DNA from: Elusimicrobiota bacterium
GTDB lineage: Bacteria > Elusimicrobiota > Elusimicrobia > UBA1565
Direction: 5' to 3'
NCBI GenBank assembly: GCA_043819795.1
Contig: JBDREN010000126.1
Span: forward strand, 1 to 64,000
DNA length: 64,000 nt
Both the position numbers and the translations under genes were made by a program. Below the pieces are notes generated by a model that worked only from the letters and a program-made list of their open reading frames with translations, searched no databases and was not told where the DNA came from. Shown here one piece after another: positions 50,526 through 61,290 of the stretch; within the stretch, counting starts at the first letter, position 1; each line of letters starts with the position of its first letter.

Positions 50526-51896
50526 ATGAGCACCGACATCAACAAGACGCTGGACGCCCTGGACCTGGCCTCTTTCGACTGCCGGTACTGCGACGTCCGG
50601 ATCGAGGACACGACCACGTCTTTGATCCTGTACCGGAACTTCGAGCTCGAATCCTGCGAGCTCAAGCCCAGCCTGGGAGCGTTCGTCCGGGTCTTCAACA
50701 ACGGGAAGTGGTTCTACTGCGCCACGACCGCCCTGGACCGGCTGCCCGAGGCCATCCGGGACCTGATCCGCCAGTCGCGGCGGCTAGAGCGTGACGACTC
50801 GGACCCCTTCTCGGCGGTCCGGCCCCTGCGCGCCGAGCGCATGCTCTATCCGGAGGGCGGCGCCTCCCGGCTCGGCGCGAGGAAGAAGATGGAGCTCTGC
50901 GAGTCGTATTTCGACACGCTGAGGCGCTTCCCCAAGATCGCCGAAAGCCGGGTCCTGCACGCGGACACCTACAAGGTGAAGCGCTTCCGCTCCTCCAGGG
51001 GCGTCGAGGTCGCCCACGACTACAACCTCCACGGGCTGCGGTTCGACTACACGCTCAAGGAGGGCGATCGGATATTCTACGACCTCTTCGACAAAGGCTC
51101 GGACCGCTTCGAGGACCTGCGCTCGCTCGAGCCCTCGCTCGTCGAGAGCATTGAAGAGAGCTCGCTGTTTTTGCGGGCGAAACCCGTTCCCCCGGGCCAG
51201 TACCGCGTGCTCATGGGCGGCAAGGTCGTGGGGGTCTTCGCTCACGAGTCCTTCGGGCACAAGTCCGAGGCGGACTTCATGCTGGGCGACGAGACCGCCA
51301 TGAAGGACTGGAGGCTCGGCTCCAAGGTGGGCGCCGACATCCTGTCCATCATCGACGACCCCGGGCATGCCGGCACCTCGGGCTACTGCCCGTTCGACGA
51401 CGAGGGCACGCCCGGCCAAAAGACCTATCTCATCAAGAACGGCGTGCTCTCGGGGAGGCTGCATTCCCGGATGACCTCCCACGCCCTCGGCGAGCCCGCC
51501 ACCGGCAACGCCCGGGCCGTGAGCTTCGAGTTCGAGCCCATCGTTCGCATGACCTGCACCTACGTGGAGCCCGGGGCGCGATCTTTGGAGGAGATCGTCT
51601 CCAAGGTCGACCTCGGCATCTACGCCAAAGACGTCAAGCACGGCTCCGGGCTGAGCACCTTCACCATCGCCCCGAGGAAGACGTACTGGATACGCGACGG
51701 CAAGATCGCGGAGCCCGTCCTGGTCTCGGTCATATCGGGCTCCGTGTTCCAGACCCTCAAGGACGTCGAGGCCGTGGCCGGGGACCTCATGCTCTTCTCC
51801 ACCGCCTTCGGGGGGTGCGGCAAGATGGAGCAGATGCCCCTTCCCGTCGCCTTCGGGGGCCCGTCGATGCTGGTCCGCGGGATGCAGGTGAGCTAG
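50526..51896 (+). CDS. tldD: TldD metalloprotease
   Basis: HESFGH.SEAD, FDDEG, TGNARA, VRMT.T, GCGK..Q.PLPV..GGP. Confidence 0.92.
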   Translation: MSTDINKTLDALDLASFDCRYCDVRIEDTTTSLILYRNFELESCELKPSLGAFVRVFNNGKWFYCATTALDRLPEAIRDLIRQSRRLERDDSDPFSAVRPLRAERMLYPEGGASRLGARKKMELCESYFDTLRRFPKIAESRVLHADTYKVKRFRSSRGVEVAHDYNLHGLRFDYTLKEGDRIFYDLFDKGSDRFEDLRSLEPSLVESIEESSLFLRAKPVPPGQYRVLMGGKVVGVFAHESFGHKSEADFMLGDETAMKDWRLGSKVGADILSIIDDPGHAGTSGYCPFDDEGTPGQKTYLIKNGVLSGRLHSRMTSHALGEPATGNARAVSFEFEPIVRMTCTYVEPGARSLEEIVSKVDLGIYAKDVKHGSGLSTFTIAPRKTYWIRDGKIAEPVLVSVISGSVFQTLKDVEAVAGDLMLFSTAFGGCGKMEQMPLPVAFGGPSMLVRGMQVS

Positions 51897-51898
51897 GC

Positions 51899-53137
51899 AT
51901 GGTCAAGGATCTCCTCAGATCGACGGAGAAGCAGCTCAAGCTGGAGATCGGGGCCGGGGAGGTCCGCTCCTTCAGAAACAAGGAGATCGTCAAGACCGGC
52001 GCGCGCATCTTCGACGAAGGAAAGATAGCCTCCGCGTCCTTTGTGGGTCAGATCGAAGATTCCGAACTTTACAGGCGCTGCATGTCGCAGCGGGACGCCG
52101 CCGTCCCCTTCGACTACGAGCTCCCGCGCGACTCGAGCTACTCCAAGTCCCTGACCGGAGGCGGCGGCTCCATGGAGCGCCTGCCGGAGCTGACCGAGGC
52201 CGCCCTTCGCCGCCTCAAAGAGGCGAACCGCGATTTCCTGTATTCGGGCCATGCCGCGTGCTCGCTCGTCAGCGAGGAGCACCGGAACTCGCTGGGCGTG
52301 GACCACCGCATCGAGGTGGAGCATTCCGGATGGGCATTCCTTTTCAAGCATAAGAGCTCGGCCGGCATCATGGACGGCTGGTTCGGCTCCGGAGGCATCG
52401 GGAAGGCCGACCCCATGGAGGCGATCGAGCGGAACCTGCCGTTCCTGGAGGCGTTCGGGAACGAAGTCCCCATCTCGGAGGGCCCGAAGCCGGTCGTCTA
52501 CACCGACCTGCAGGGCTGGCTCTTCAGGAAGCTCTGCGAGTCCCTGAGGATCGACAAGCACAAGGACGGCTCGGCGCTCTACAGCGGCAGGATGGGCGAG
52601 CGCCTCTTCAGCGAGGACTTCAGCCTCTACGACGTCAGCTTCGCTCCGGAATACGGCGTGGCCTCGCCCTTCGACGGGGAAGGGACGCTTAGGAAAGAGC
52701 CCCGCCTCCCGCTCATCGAGAAGGGATCCATCACGAACCTGATCTGCGACCTGCGGTGCGGCAAGAAATACGGAGCCGCCACCACGGGCAACGGCCAGCG
52801 CGGCTTCAACACGGGCGTCCACCTCGGCTTCAACGCGCTGGCGGTGGGCCGGGGAGAGCGGCCCTTCGACTCGCTCATCAAAGAGTTCGAGGAGTGCGTC
52901 TTCGTCGTCATGGCCATGGGGGGAGACTGCACCGACACCGGCGAATTCTCGAGCCCCGTGGCCTTGTCTTATCTCTTCAAGAACGGAAAGCTGGCCGGGA
53001 GGCTCCCGCAGATCACCGTCAAATCCGGCATGCGCGAGATGTTCGGGCCCAAGTTGCTGGGGGTCTCGAGCGACGGCTTCCTCAGCTCCAACCTCAACCC
53101 CTGCGTCTTCATGGAGATGCAGGTCATGAAGAACTGA
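51899..53137 (+). CDS. pmbA: PmbA/TldE-like subunit
   Basis: PFDGEG, TTGNG.R, GEFS.PV; no HExxxH; starts 2 nt after the tldD stop. Confidence 0.82.
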   Translation: MVKDLLRSTEKQLKLEIGAGEVRSFRNKEIVKTGARIFDEGKIASASFVGQIEDSELYRRCMSQRDAAVPFDYELPRDSSYSKSLTGGGGSMERLPELTEAALRRLKEANRDFLYSGHAACSLVSEEHRNSLGVDHRIEVEHSGWAFLFKHKSSAGIMDGWFGSGGIGKADPMEAIERNLPFLEAFGNEVPISEGPKPVVYTDLQGWLFRKLCESLRIDKHKDGSALYSGRMGERLFSEDFSLYDVSFAPEYGVASPFDGEGTLRKEPRLPLIEKGSITNLICDLRCGKKYGAATTGNGQRGFNTGVHLGFNALAVGRGERPFDSLIKEFEECVFVVMAMGGDCTDTGEFSSPVALSYLFKNGKLAGRLPQITVKSGMREMFGPKLLGVSSDGFLSSNLNPCVFMEMQVMKN

Positions 53138-53220
53138 CGGCCTTGCGGGACGCGCCCCGGCCTGTTATCCTAGGCCCGAGGGCGGTTCGGAGACCGCACG
53201 GATCCATCCTGGAGGACGAG

Positions 53221-53928
53221 ATGGGCGAGGAGCCGCGGACTCTCGAATACAACTACAAGTTCACGTTGGACGACGGGGTCTGCAAGGAGTTCCACATCCG
53301 CCTCGACAGGCGCAGCCTCCGGTTCCAGGGCCAAGAACGTTCCGAGTACCCCGATTGGACGCGCCTGTCCAATTCCCAGTGCCCGAACTGCCCGCTTACC
53401 GAGGACCGCCACCCGCGATGTCCCATCGCCGAAAACCTCGTGGACGTGATCGACTTCTTCAAGGACCGCCTATCGACCGAGAAAGTGACGCTGGAGGTCG
53501 CCAGCGAGGCGCGCACCTACGTGAGCCGCACCCCCATCTCGCCCGCGGTGAGCGCCTTGATCGGCCTGCATATGGTGACCAGCGGATGCCCCATCCTGGA
53601 CAAGATGAAGCCGATGACCCAGACCCACCTCCCCTTCTCCACGCTCCGGGAGAGCCTCTACCGCACGCTCGCGATGTACATGCTCGCCCAGCATTTCCGT
53701 CTACGGAAGGGACTGAAGCCGGACTGGGAGATGAAGGGCCTGCCCGCTTTCGTCCAGGAGATCCACGGCGTGAACGCGGGGTTCTGCGAGCGGCTCGGGT
53801 CGGTGTGCCCGGCGGACGCCAACCTCAACGCCGTCATCCGCCTCGACTCCTTCGCGGACAGCTCGTCGTACCAGGTCGAGGAGGACGAGCTGGACCATCT
53901 CGCGGAGTCGTTCACGGCCCATTTCTAG
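53221..53928 (+). CDS. Cys-rich conserved hypothetical protein (DUF6901-like)
   Basis: WTRL...QCPNCPL.....CP; M.TSGCP; HLPF; DANLNAV..LD. Family name recalled, not verified. Confidence 0.65.
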   Translation: MGEEPRTLEYNYKFTLDDGVCKEFHIRLDRRSLRFQGQERSEYPDWTRLSNSQCPNCPLTEDRHPRCPIAENLVDVIDFFKDRLSTEKVTLEVASEARTYVSRTPISPAVSALIGLHMVTSGCPILDKMKPMTQTHLPFSTLRESLYRTLAMYMLAQHFRLRKGLKPDWEMKGLPAFVQEIHGVNAGFCERLGSVCPADANLNAVIRLDSFADSSSYQVEEDELDHLAESFTAHF

Positions 53929-53947
53929 ACCGCGCCGTCATAACGCG

Positions 53948-53983
53948 AAAGCCGCGGGGATCGCGATGATCCCCGCGGCTTTT
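53948..53983. terminator. Bidirectional intrinsic terminator
   Basis: 15-bp perfect stem AAAGCCGCGGGGATC/GATCCCCGCGGCTTT between the convergent CDS and tRNA. Confidence 0.85.
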
Positions 53984-53989
53984 CGTTGA

Positions 53990-54064
53990 TGGTGGGCGGT
54001 ATAGGATTTGAACCTATGACCTTTCGCGTGTGAAGCGAACGCTCTTCCGCTGAGCTAACCGCCC
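53990..54064 (-). tRNA. tRNA-Val (CAC)
   Basis: GGGCGGTTAGCTCAGCGGAAGAGCG TTCGC TT CAC AC GCGAA AGGTC ATAGG TTCAAAT CCTAT ACCGCCC ACCA; encoded CCA. Confidence 0.97.
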
Positions 54065-54283
54065 GATGTCCTTATTTTAACAGATAACTCGCGGCCGGGG
54101 TAGGGCCCGGAGGGCCGTACGGGACGAAGCCGGTCGCAATGCGATGCCCGGCACGGGCTTTTGTTCAGCCGGATTTCAGCCCCCGTTAAAACGGATTCCA
54201 GTCCGGCGTGGCATGCTCTCTATGAAGGCAATGCGAAGAGCCTTCAGCGCAGGTCGCTGGAGGACACCAAGGAGGAAGGCACT

Positions 54284-55945
<1,662 letters not shown>

Positions 55946-55978
55946 CAGCGGATATCCGAGCGTATGCTCGGCAGTGCC

Positions 55979-56007
55979 GGCCGGGGGTCCCTTTGGGGCC
56001 CCCGGCC
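55979..56007 (+). terminator. GC-rich hairpin after the lectin-like gene
   Basis: GGCCGGGGGTCCC-TTT-GGGGCCCCCGGCC; weak U-tract. Confidence 0.45.
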
Positions 56008-56128
56008 TTGACGTACTGTTAAGCCAACCTCCCGCTGCCGGTGTTTCTTTAGATAGATCCGGAGCAGAGCAGGCCCCGGAAGGCCCGTGGTGCAACTCCA
56101 GAGGGGTCCCGGGCGTCCCGATCGCGAA

Positions 56129-56239
56129 TCCCCCCTCGAAGACCGACATGGCCTCCTGGATGTGCGTGCGGCTCAGGTGGGCATACCGCTGGGTCATCGC
56201 TGCGGTGGCGTGGCCCAGGATGGCCTGCAAGGCCGCCAG
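56129..56239 (-). pseudogene. Tyrosine recombinase/integrase C-terminal remnant
   Basis: LQAILGHATAAMTQRYAHL (box II LGH...Y); no upstream R/HxxR region. Confidence 0.75.
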
Positions 56240-56337
56240 TTGAGCCGCGGCCAGCCTATCTCGCCGTACCGGAAAAAGGTAAACTTGCCGCATGGTCGAG
56301 GAGTCGCGGCCATTTCGCGGCCCCGATTCGGCGCATT

Positions 56338-57108
56338 ATGCGAAGGCACGATTCATTGCGGCACCCGGATGATCATGCGCGTCGCGCCGGGGACGCCCGC
56401 GACATAAACTCCGCCACGCGATACTCCCTCCTCATCGTGGACGATTCCGACGATGGCCGCAAGATTCTCGGCGATCAGCTCAAGCGCCAAGGATTCTCGG
56501 TAGTGGCGGCATCCAGCGTCGATGAAGCCATCTATCTGGCCGGTGAAACGCGTCCGGATCTGGTGCTGTCCGATGTGGCCATGCCCGAGGCGGACGGGAT
56601 GGAGCTGTGCAGGAAAATACGCGGCAGCCGGCGACTGACGCATCTGCCCATCATCCTCATCTCAGGCACGCGCCTGTCCGAGGATGACCAGATCGAAGGC
56701 ATGCATTTGGGGGCCGATGACTATTTGCCGAAACCCTATACCTCCCGCCTGCTTGCCATGAAGATTCGCGCGGTGCTTCGCCGTTACGAAGCCCCGAAGA
56801 AACTGCAGGAGACGCTTCGCTGCGCCGATCTTGAGCTGGATGCCGCGGCCCGCCTCGTCCGGGTCAAGGGGCGCCCGGTCAACCTGACCCGCAAGGAGTT
56901 CGACATCCTGATGCTGCTCCTGCGCCGGCCGGGCACGGTCCATAGCCTTCGACAACTCCTTCAGTCCGTTTGGGGCGACGATCCATGCGACGTGACGGAC
57001 CCCCACACCGTCCAAGTCCATCTCTTCACTCTCCGCAAGAAGCTCGGCAAGGAGTTCGGCAAGAAGATCGTCAGCGTGCCGAAACTCGGCTACAGACTGG
57101 AACTCTGA
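56338..57108 (+). CDS. OmpR-type response regulator
   Basis: LIVDD, VLSDVAMP, GADDYLPKP, LTRKEFDIL, TVQVH...LRKKLG, GYR. Start uncertain. Confidence 0.9.
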   Translation: MRRHDSLRHPDDHARRAGDARDINSATRYSLLIVDDSDDGRKILGDQLKRQGFSVVAASSVDEAIYLAGETRPDLVLSDVAMPEADGMELCRKIRGSRRLTHLPIILISGTRLSEDDQIEGMHLGADDYLPKPYTSRLLAMKIRAVLRRYEAPKKLQETLRCADLELDAAARLVRVKGRPVNLTRKEFDILMLLLRRPGTVHSLRQLLQSVWGDDPCDVTDPHTVQVHLFTLRKKLGKEFGKKIVSVPKLGYRLEL

Positions 57109-57174
57109 GGCGGCGGCCGGACCGCCTCCGGCTCATCGAAGGATTCGCGTCCCGCGCCGGGGCGGCCGCCGGGA

Positions 57175-57197
57175 CTTGAAAATGATTTGATTTCAAG
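57175..57197. promoter_or_regulatory. AT-rich operator-like palindrome
   Basis: CTTGAAA-N9-TTTCAAG upstream of the HTH-REC/kinase operon. Confidence 0.45.
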
Positions 57198-57254
57198 CGC
57201 CCATACTTACATTGATGGCCGGGCCATCCTCCGGCGGACTCAATGGGGGCAACC

Positions 57255-57869
57255 ATGAAAATCCGGGACTTCATCTCCTTCACGGACGCGGCCGGGCTTT
57301 GCTGTGTCTCCGTCGAAACCGTCCGCCGCTGGGCCGCCGAGGCCGACATCCCTTCCGGCAAGCTCCACGGAGTGATGGGAACAACCCGCGCCGGCCTGCG
57401 CCGCTGCCTGCGTGAACGCGACATGCCCATCCCGAGGGGTCTCGGCAACTGGCCCCGCATACTGCTCGTCGAGGATGATGCCGACCTGCGCGTCGTTCTC
57501 CACTGCGCGCTCAGCACCTTATACACGGACGTGGAGATCAAAGTGGCTGAAGACGGCCTGCAGGCGCTCGGCGCCCTCACTGACTTCAAACCGCACCTTA
57601 TCGTGACGGACATCTGTCTGCCGGCCGTCGACGGGCTGACGCTCTGTCATACGGTCCGCGAGCATCCGGAATTGTCCGGCACGAAGGTTTTGGCGATAAC
57701 GGGACTGACCGACCCGCATATTCGTGAAGCCGCATTCGAGGAAGGCGCCGTCGAGTTCATTCAGAAGCCGCTTGCCCTTGAGGATGTCAAGGCCGCGGCG
57801 CTCCGGCTCCTGGGCGACATCTCGACACATCCCGCGACGGCGGAGCCCCGTCGTGACAATCCGCTATGA
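57255..57869 (+). CDS. Excisionase-like HTH + receiver-domain regulator
   Basis: DAA.LC.VS.ETVRRW; LLVEDD, IVTDICLP, QKP. Confidence 0.85.
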   Translation: MKIRDFISFTDAAGLCCVSVETVRRWAAEADIPSGKLHGVMGTTRAGLRRCLRERDMPIPRGLGNWPRILLVEDDADLRVVLHCALSTLYTDVEIKVAEDGLQALGALTDFKPHLIVTDICLPAVDGLTLCHTVREHPELSGTKVLAITGLTDPHIREAAFEEGAVEFIQKPLALEDVKAAALRLLGDISTHPATAEPRRDNPL

Positions 57870-59476
57870 GGAGTCCGGGGATGACAACGAAAACGACGCC
57901 CAAAGACCCACCCGCTAGGCTGGAGACTCCGCGCGCGGATACCCGCTGGACCCTGCGCCGGACACTCCGGCTCGCCGCCGTTCTCCTATTCCTATGCGGC
58001 CTGGGTCCCGCCATCTCTTATAGGATCCTCAAGCGCGCCGAGGACGGCCTTTCCCGGGCATTCCGGACGGACCTGACCTTCTTGGCCGAGCTCCCCCCCC
58101 TGCAGGGCTGGATCAGCCAAACGGATCTCTATACCGCGCAGTTTCTAGCCACGAACGATCGCACGTGGCTCGAATACCGGGATCAGACATTGGGCCGCAT
58201 CAACGACGGCTTGGGGGAAGTCCTGAGAGCGTCGGCCGGCGCGCCCGACGAGCGCCGCACCATGGAAGAGCTCGACCGCTTGTTCAAGGCGCACATCAGC
58301 GAGCAGGACGAATGGATCAGGCGAAGCGCCTCCGGCCGATTGCCTCCGACGAAAGCGGCCGTATTCCTGAGCAAGCAGAGGCCTCTCGACCGCCTGGTCG
58401 AGATGGTCCTCGCAATCCGGAAGGCGAACATCCAAGACCTGCAGGCGCGCAATCTCGCGGTGCGGCGCTCATCCATAACCGCCTTCTGGATCGTCATGCT
58501 CACCAGCCTCGCCAGCGTGATCTTCCTGGTCTATATCCTGGCGCGATACGTCGTCGATCCTATTTCCACCCTCGCGAATTACGCGCGCGAATGGAACTTC
58601 GAGCGGCCTTGGGACCTTCAGCCCGGCCGCGCGACGCCGGAGATACAGACGTTGCATGTCCGCATGCGCCAAATGGCGCAGCGCCTCGCCGAGCGATACA
58701 AGAAGGAATCGGAGCTGGTGCACCTGAAGTCGGCCCTGATCTCCGTGATCAGCCACGAGTTCAACAACGCCCTGAGCGTGATCCAGGGCATCACCAGCGT
58801 CCTTGAGGAAACGGAGGGAGAGCCGTACGACGAGAAGCGGAAAGGCTATTACGAGATGCTTAAAGCCAACGCGCGATCCCTGGCTTTGGAGGTCGCCTCC
58901 ATTCTGAACATGGGCCGCCTTGAGTCGGGCCGCTTCGCCTTCCGGTTCGCCGCCGTAGATCCGGCCGAAGTCATAGGAGAAAGCCTGCGGAAGCTCAAGA
59001 TCCTCTATGAGCGCAAGAAGCTCAAAGTCTCCGTCGCCACGGCGGCGCCCGATCTCCGCGTGCGGGCGGACAGGGAAGCCCTCATTCTCATCGCGACGAA
59101 TCTGCTCACCAACGCCATCAAGTACACGCGGCCTGAGGGCGCCATACGGATAACCTGCGCGCCGGACGAAGGCCGGCCGCAACGCGTGCGCGTCACTTTC
59201 GAGGATTCCGGCATCGGCATGTCGCCCGACGACATAAAGAGAGCGATGTCGGGATACTATCGAAGCGCGGACGGCATGAAAATGGCCCGGGGCTTCGGCG
59301 TGGGGCTTTCCTTGACGCAGTCGATCCTTACGCAGCTCGGCAGCGCCATGGAGATCAGCAGCGAGCAGGGGAAGGGCTCCGCATTTTCTTTCGCTCTTCC
59401 CCGGTGCGACGAAGACGCGCCTAAGGAAACGGACGCCGAGGGTCCATGCGCCGGGGTCGAGGAGAGATCCGCATGA
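57866..59476 (+). CDS. Membrane sensor histidine kinase
   Basis: 2 TM, HAMP-like segment, SHEFNNAL, NLLTNAIKY, DSGIG, GFGVGL. Confidence 0.92.
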   Translation: MRSPGMTTKTTPKDPPARLETPRADTRWTLRRTLRLAAVLLFLCGLGPAISYRILKRAEDGLSRAFRTDLTFLAELPPLQGWISQTDLYTAQFLATNDRTWLEYRDQTLGRINDGLGEVLRASAGAPDERRTMEELDRLFKAHISEQDEWIRRSASGRLPPTKAAVFLSKQRPLDRLVEMVLAIRKANIQDLQARNLAVRRSSITAFWIVMLTSLASVIFLVYILARYVVDPISTLANYAREWNFERPWDLQPGRATPEIQTLHVRMRQMAQRLAERYKKESELVHLKSALISVISHEFNNALSVIQGITSVLEETEGEPYDEKRKGYYEMLKANARSLALEVASILNMGRLESGRFAFRFAAVDPAEVIGESLRKLKILYERKKLKVSVATAAPDLRVRADREALILIATNLLTNAIKYTRPEGAIRITCAPDEGRPQRVRVTFEDSGIGMSPDDIKRAMSGYYRSADGMKMARGFGVGLSLTQSILTQLGSAMEISSEQGKGSAFSFALPRCDEDAPKETDAEGPCAGVEERSA

Positions 59477-59718
59477 TCGACTGGAAGGCGGTGATCGCAT
59501 CGACTTCGCTGCTTGTCGGATGCGCGATTCTGATGGATAAGGCGCTGTCAGCCTGGTTTTGCAGCTCACTCATGACCCCGGGGAGCTTAGACAATAGCGC
59601 GGCGGGTATTCGCCGACGCTCCACGCGGGGCGGTTTCGCGACGAGAATACGGCCCGCGGATTCAACCCCGGGCCGGATGAAGACGCGGTGATCCAGACGC
59701 TCAGGGGATAGCCCCGCC

Positions 59719-60165
59719 ATGCCCGAAGCCGAGACAAGGGCGGACGATGCCGAAGGCGAGCGGCCGGATGGCGAGCCGGCGCGGGAACCGAAGGCCTGCC
59801 TGCTGATAATCGATGACAATCGGGAGCTGCTTGACACGATGGAAGCTGCGCTGGACAGGGAGTACGCGATCGCGGGTTTCGACTCCGGCTCGGCCTTCCC
59901 GAACAATCCCGGACTCTGCCGGCCGGATATCATCATCCTCGACGTCGACATGCCGGAGGTGGACGGGTTCTCCCTCTGCCGGGCCATCCGGTCCCGGCGG
60001 GAATTCCGGGACACTCCCATCCTCTTCCTAACGGGCCTCCTGGGTGATTGCGCGCCGCATATGGGCCTCGAAGCCGGCGGGGATGCGTATATGTCGAAGC
60101 CGTTCGAGATGAGCGAGCTCAAAGAGAGAATCGCATCCCTGATGAAGGGTCGCCTTGCCCCATGA
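59719..60165 (+). CDS. Single-domain response regulator
   Basis: LIIDDN, IILDVDMP, FLT, SKPF. Confidence 0.88.
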   Translation: MPEAETRADDAEGERPDGEPAREPKACLLIIDDNRELLDTMEAALDREYAIAGFDSGSAFPNNPGLCRPDIIILDVDMPEVDGFSLCRAIRSRREFRDTPILFLTGLLGDCAPHMGLEAGGDAYMSKPFEMSELKERIASLMKGRLAP

Positions 60166-60290
60166 AGTTTAAGATCGTGATCGGGACTCTCCTCCTTTCG
60201 GCGCTCGGCCTCGGCCGCTTTTCCATCCGATCGCCGCGCCCCGGAAGCGACGAACGCCGAAAAACGGACAAGGGAGAAGCGGCGCCATGA
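60162..60290 (+). CDS. Small hydrophobic peptide (42 aa)
   Basis: MKFKIVIGTLLLSALGLG...; ATGA-coupled at both ends. Confidence 0.4.
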   Translation: MKFKIVIGTLLLSALGLGRFSIRSPRPGSDERRKTDKGEAAP

Positions 60291-60427
60291 GGAGAAAGAC
60301 GCTGCTGAACTTGACCGTGATCCTGGCCTTAGCCTGCCTCAGCCGATGGGATTACGCCCACGGAATCGGATCGCCGCGACAGCGCACGCCGAAAACCCCG
60401 GGCACGGAGATCCGAACCCCGAGCTGA
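60287..60427 (+). CDS. Small hydrophobic peptide (46 aa)
   Basis: MRRKTLLNLTVILALACLS...; ATGA start with GGGAG upstream; stop is 3 nt before the next ATG. Confidence 0.4.
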   Translation: MRRKTLLNLTVILALACLSRWDYAHGIGSPRQRTPKTPGTEIRTPS

Positions 60428-60430
60428 TAA

Positions 60431-61120
60431 ATGGCGCCGATCCTTCCGCGGAAAATCCGCCCCTGGTTCGCGGTCTTCTCATTGGTGCTCCTCCTAGCCG
60501 CGGTCCGCGGCATCGTCGTGCTTGAAGGGCGGGCGCCGACGCCGCAGGTGCTCCGCGGCCTGATCTCGGACTCGGGCCCCGATGCGCCCTTGCTTTTCAT
60601 CGGCCTCCTGATCGTACGGCCCTTTGTCTTTTTCCCGTGCGCCATCCTATTCGCCGCCGGGGGACTCGCATTCGGGGAGCTCTGGGGCCCTGTCTATTCG
60701 TGCATCGGCTACCTTTTGGGAGCCGCGGCCGGATTCGAATTGGCGCGCCTGGTGGGCCGGAAACCCCTGGCGAGAGGATCCCCGATCCCGATCCAAGAAT
60801 CCAGAAGGCGGCCATGGGGCCCCGCCTTGGTGTTTTTCATGAACGTCGTGGCGGTGGTGCCCGACGCGCCCGTGAATTTCGCGGCGGGATTGTCCGGAAT
60901 GGGATTATGGACTTTCCTCGGCGCGACGCTTGCCGGGATTGCGCCATGGGCCGTGCTGTTCTCATATTTGGGAGATGCCGCGATACATCTGAACGTGCCA
61001 TGCTTGATCACCGCCTCATCCTTGGCCTTGATCGGTCTTTCTGTCGCGATGCTCATCTATCGGAAACGCTTCCCGCAAGGCCCGGCTTGGGGTCCGACAA
61101 GCCGTGAGGAGCGGACATGA
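60431..61120 (+). CDS. TVP38/TMEM64 (DedA/VTT) membrane protein
   Basis: FP......AGGLAFG..WG; F.LAR.VGR; NFAAGLS.M....F..ATL.G..P. Confidence 0.85.
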   Translation: MAPILPRKIRPWFAVFSLVLLLAAVRGIVVLEGRAPTPQVLRGLISDSGPDAPLLFIGLLIVRPFVFFPCAILFAAGGLAFGELWGPVYSCIGYLLGAAAGFELARLVGRKPLARGSPIPIQESRRRPWGPALVFFMNVVAVVPDAPVNFAAGLSGMGLWTFLGATLAGIAPWAVLFSYLGDAAIHLNVPCLITASSLALIGLSVAMLIYRKRFPQGPAWGPTSREERT

Positions 61121-61290
61121 AGCCGCATTTTGCGCGGCGCCTCAGGATTTGCCCGAGATGCGGCTCGAGAACGGTGCGGCGAAGCTCCGCGGCGCTAAGG
61201 CGCCATCTCCGAGCCAGTCGGCTTCTGTAAAAAAAGATATCGCGCCTCTTGCAGCGATAGGTCGACGCTTATTCGTGGGGGTGACTCTCC

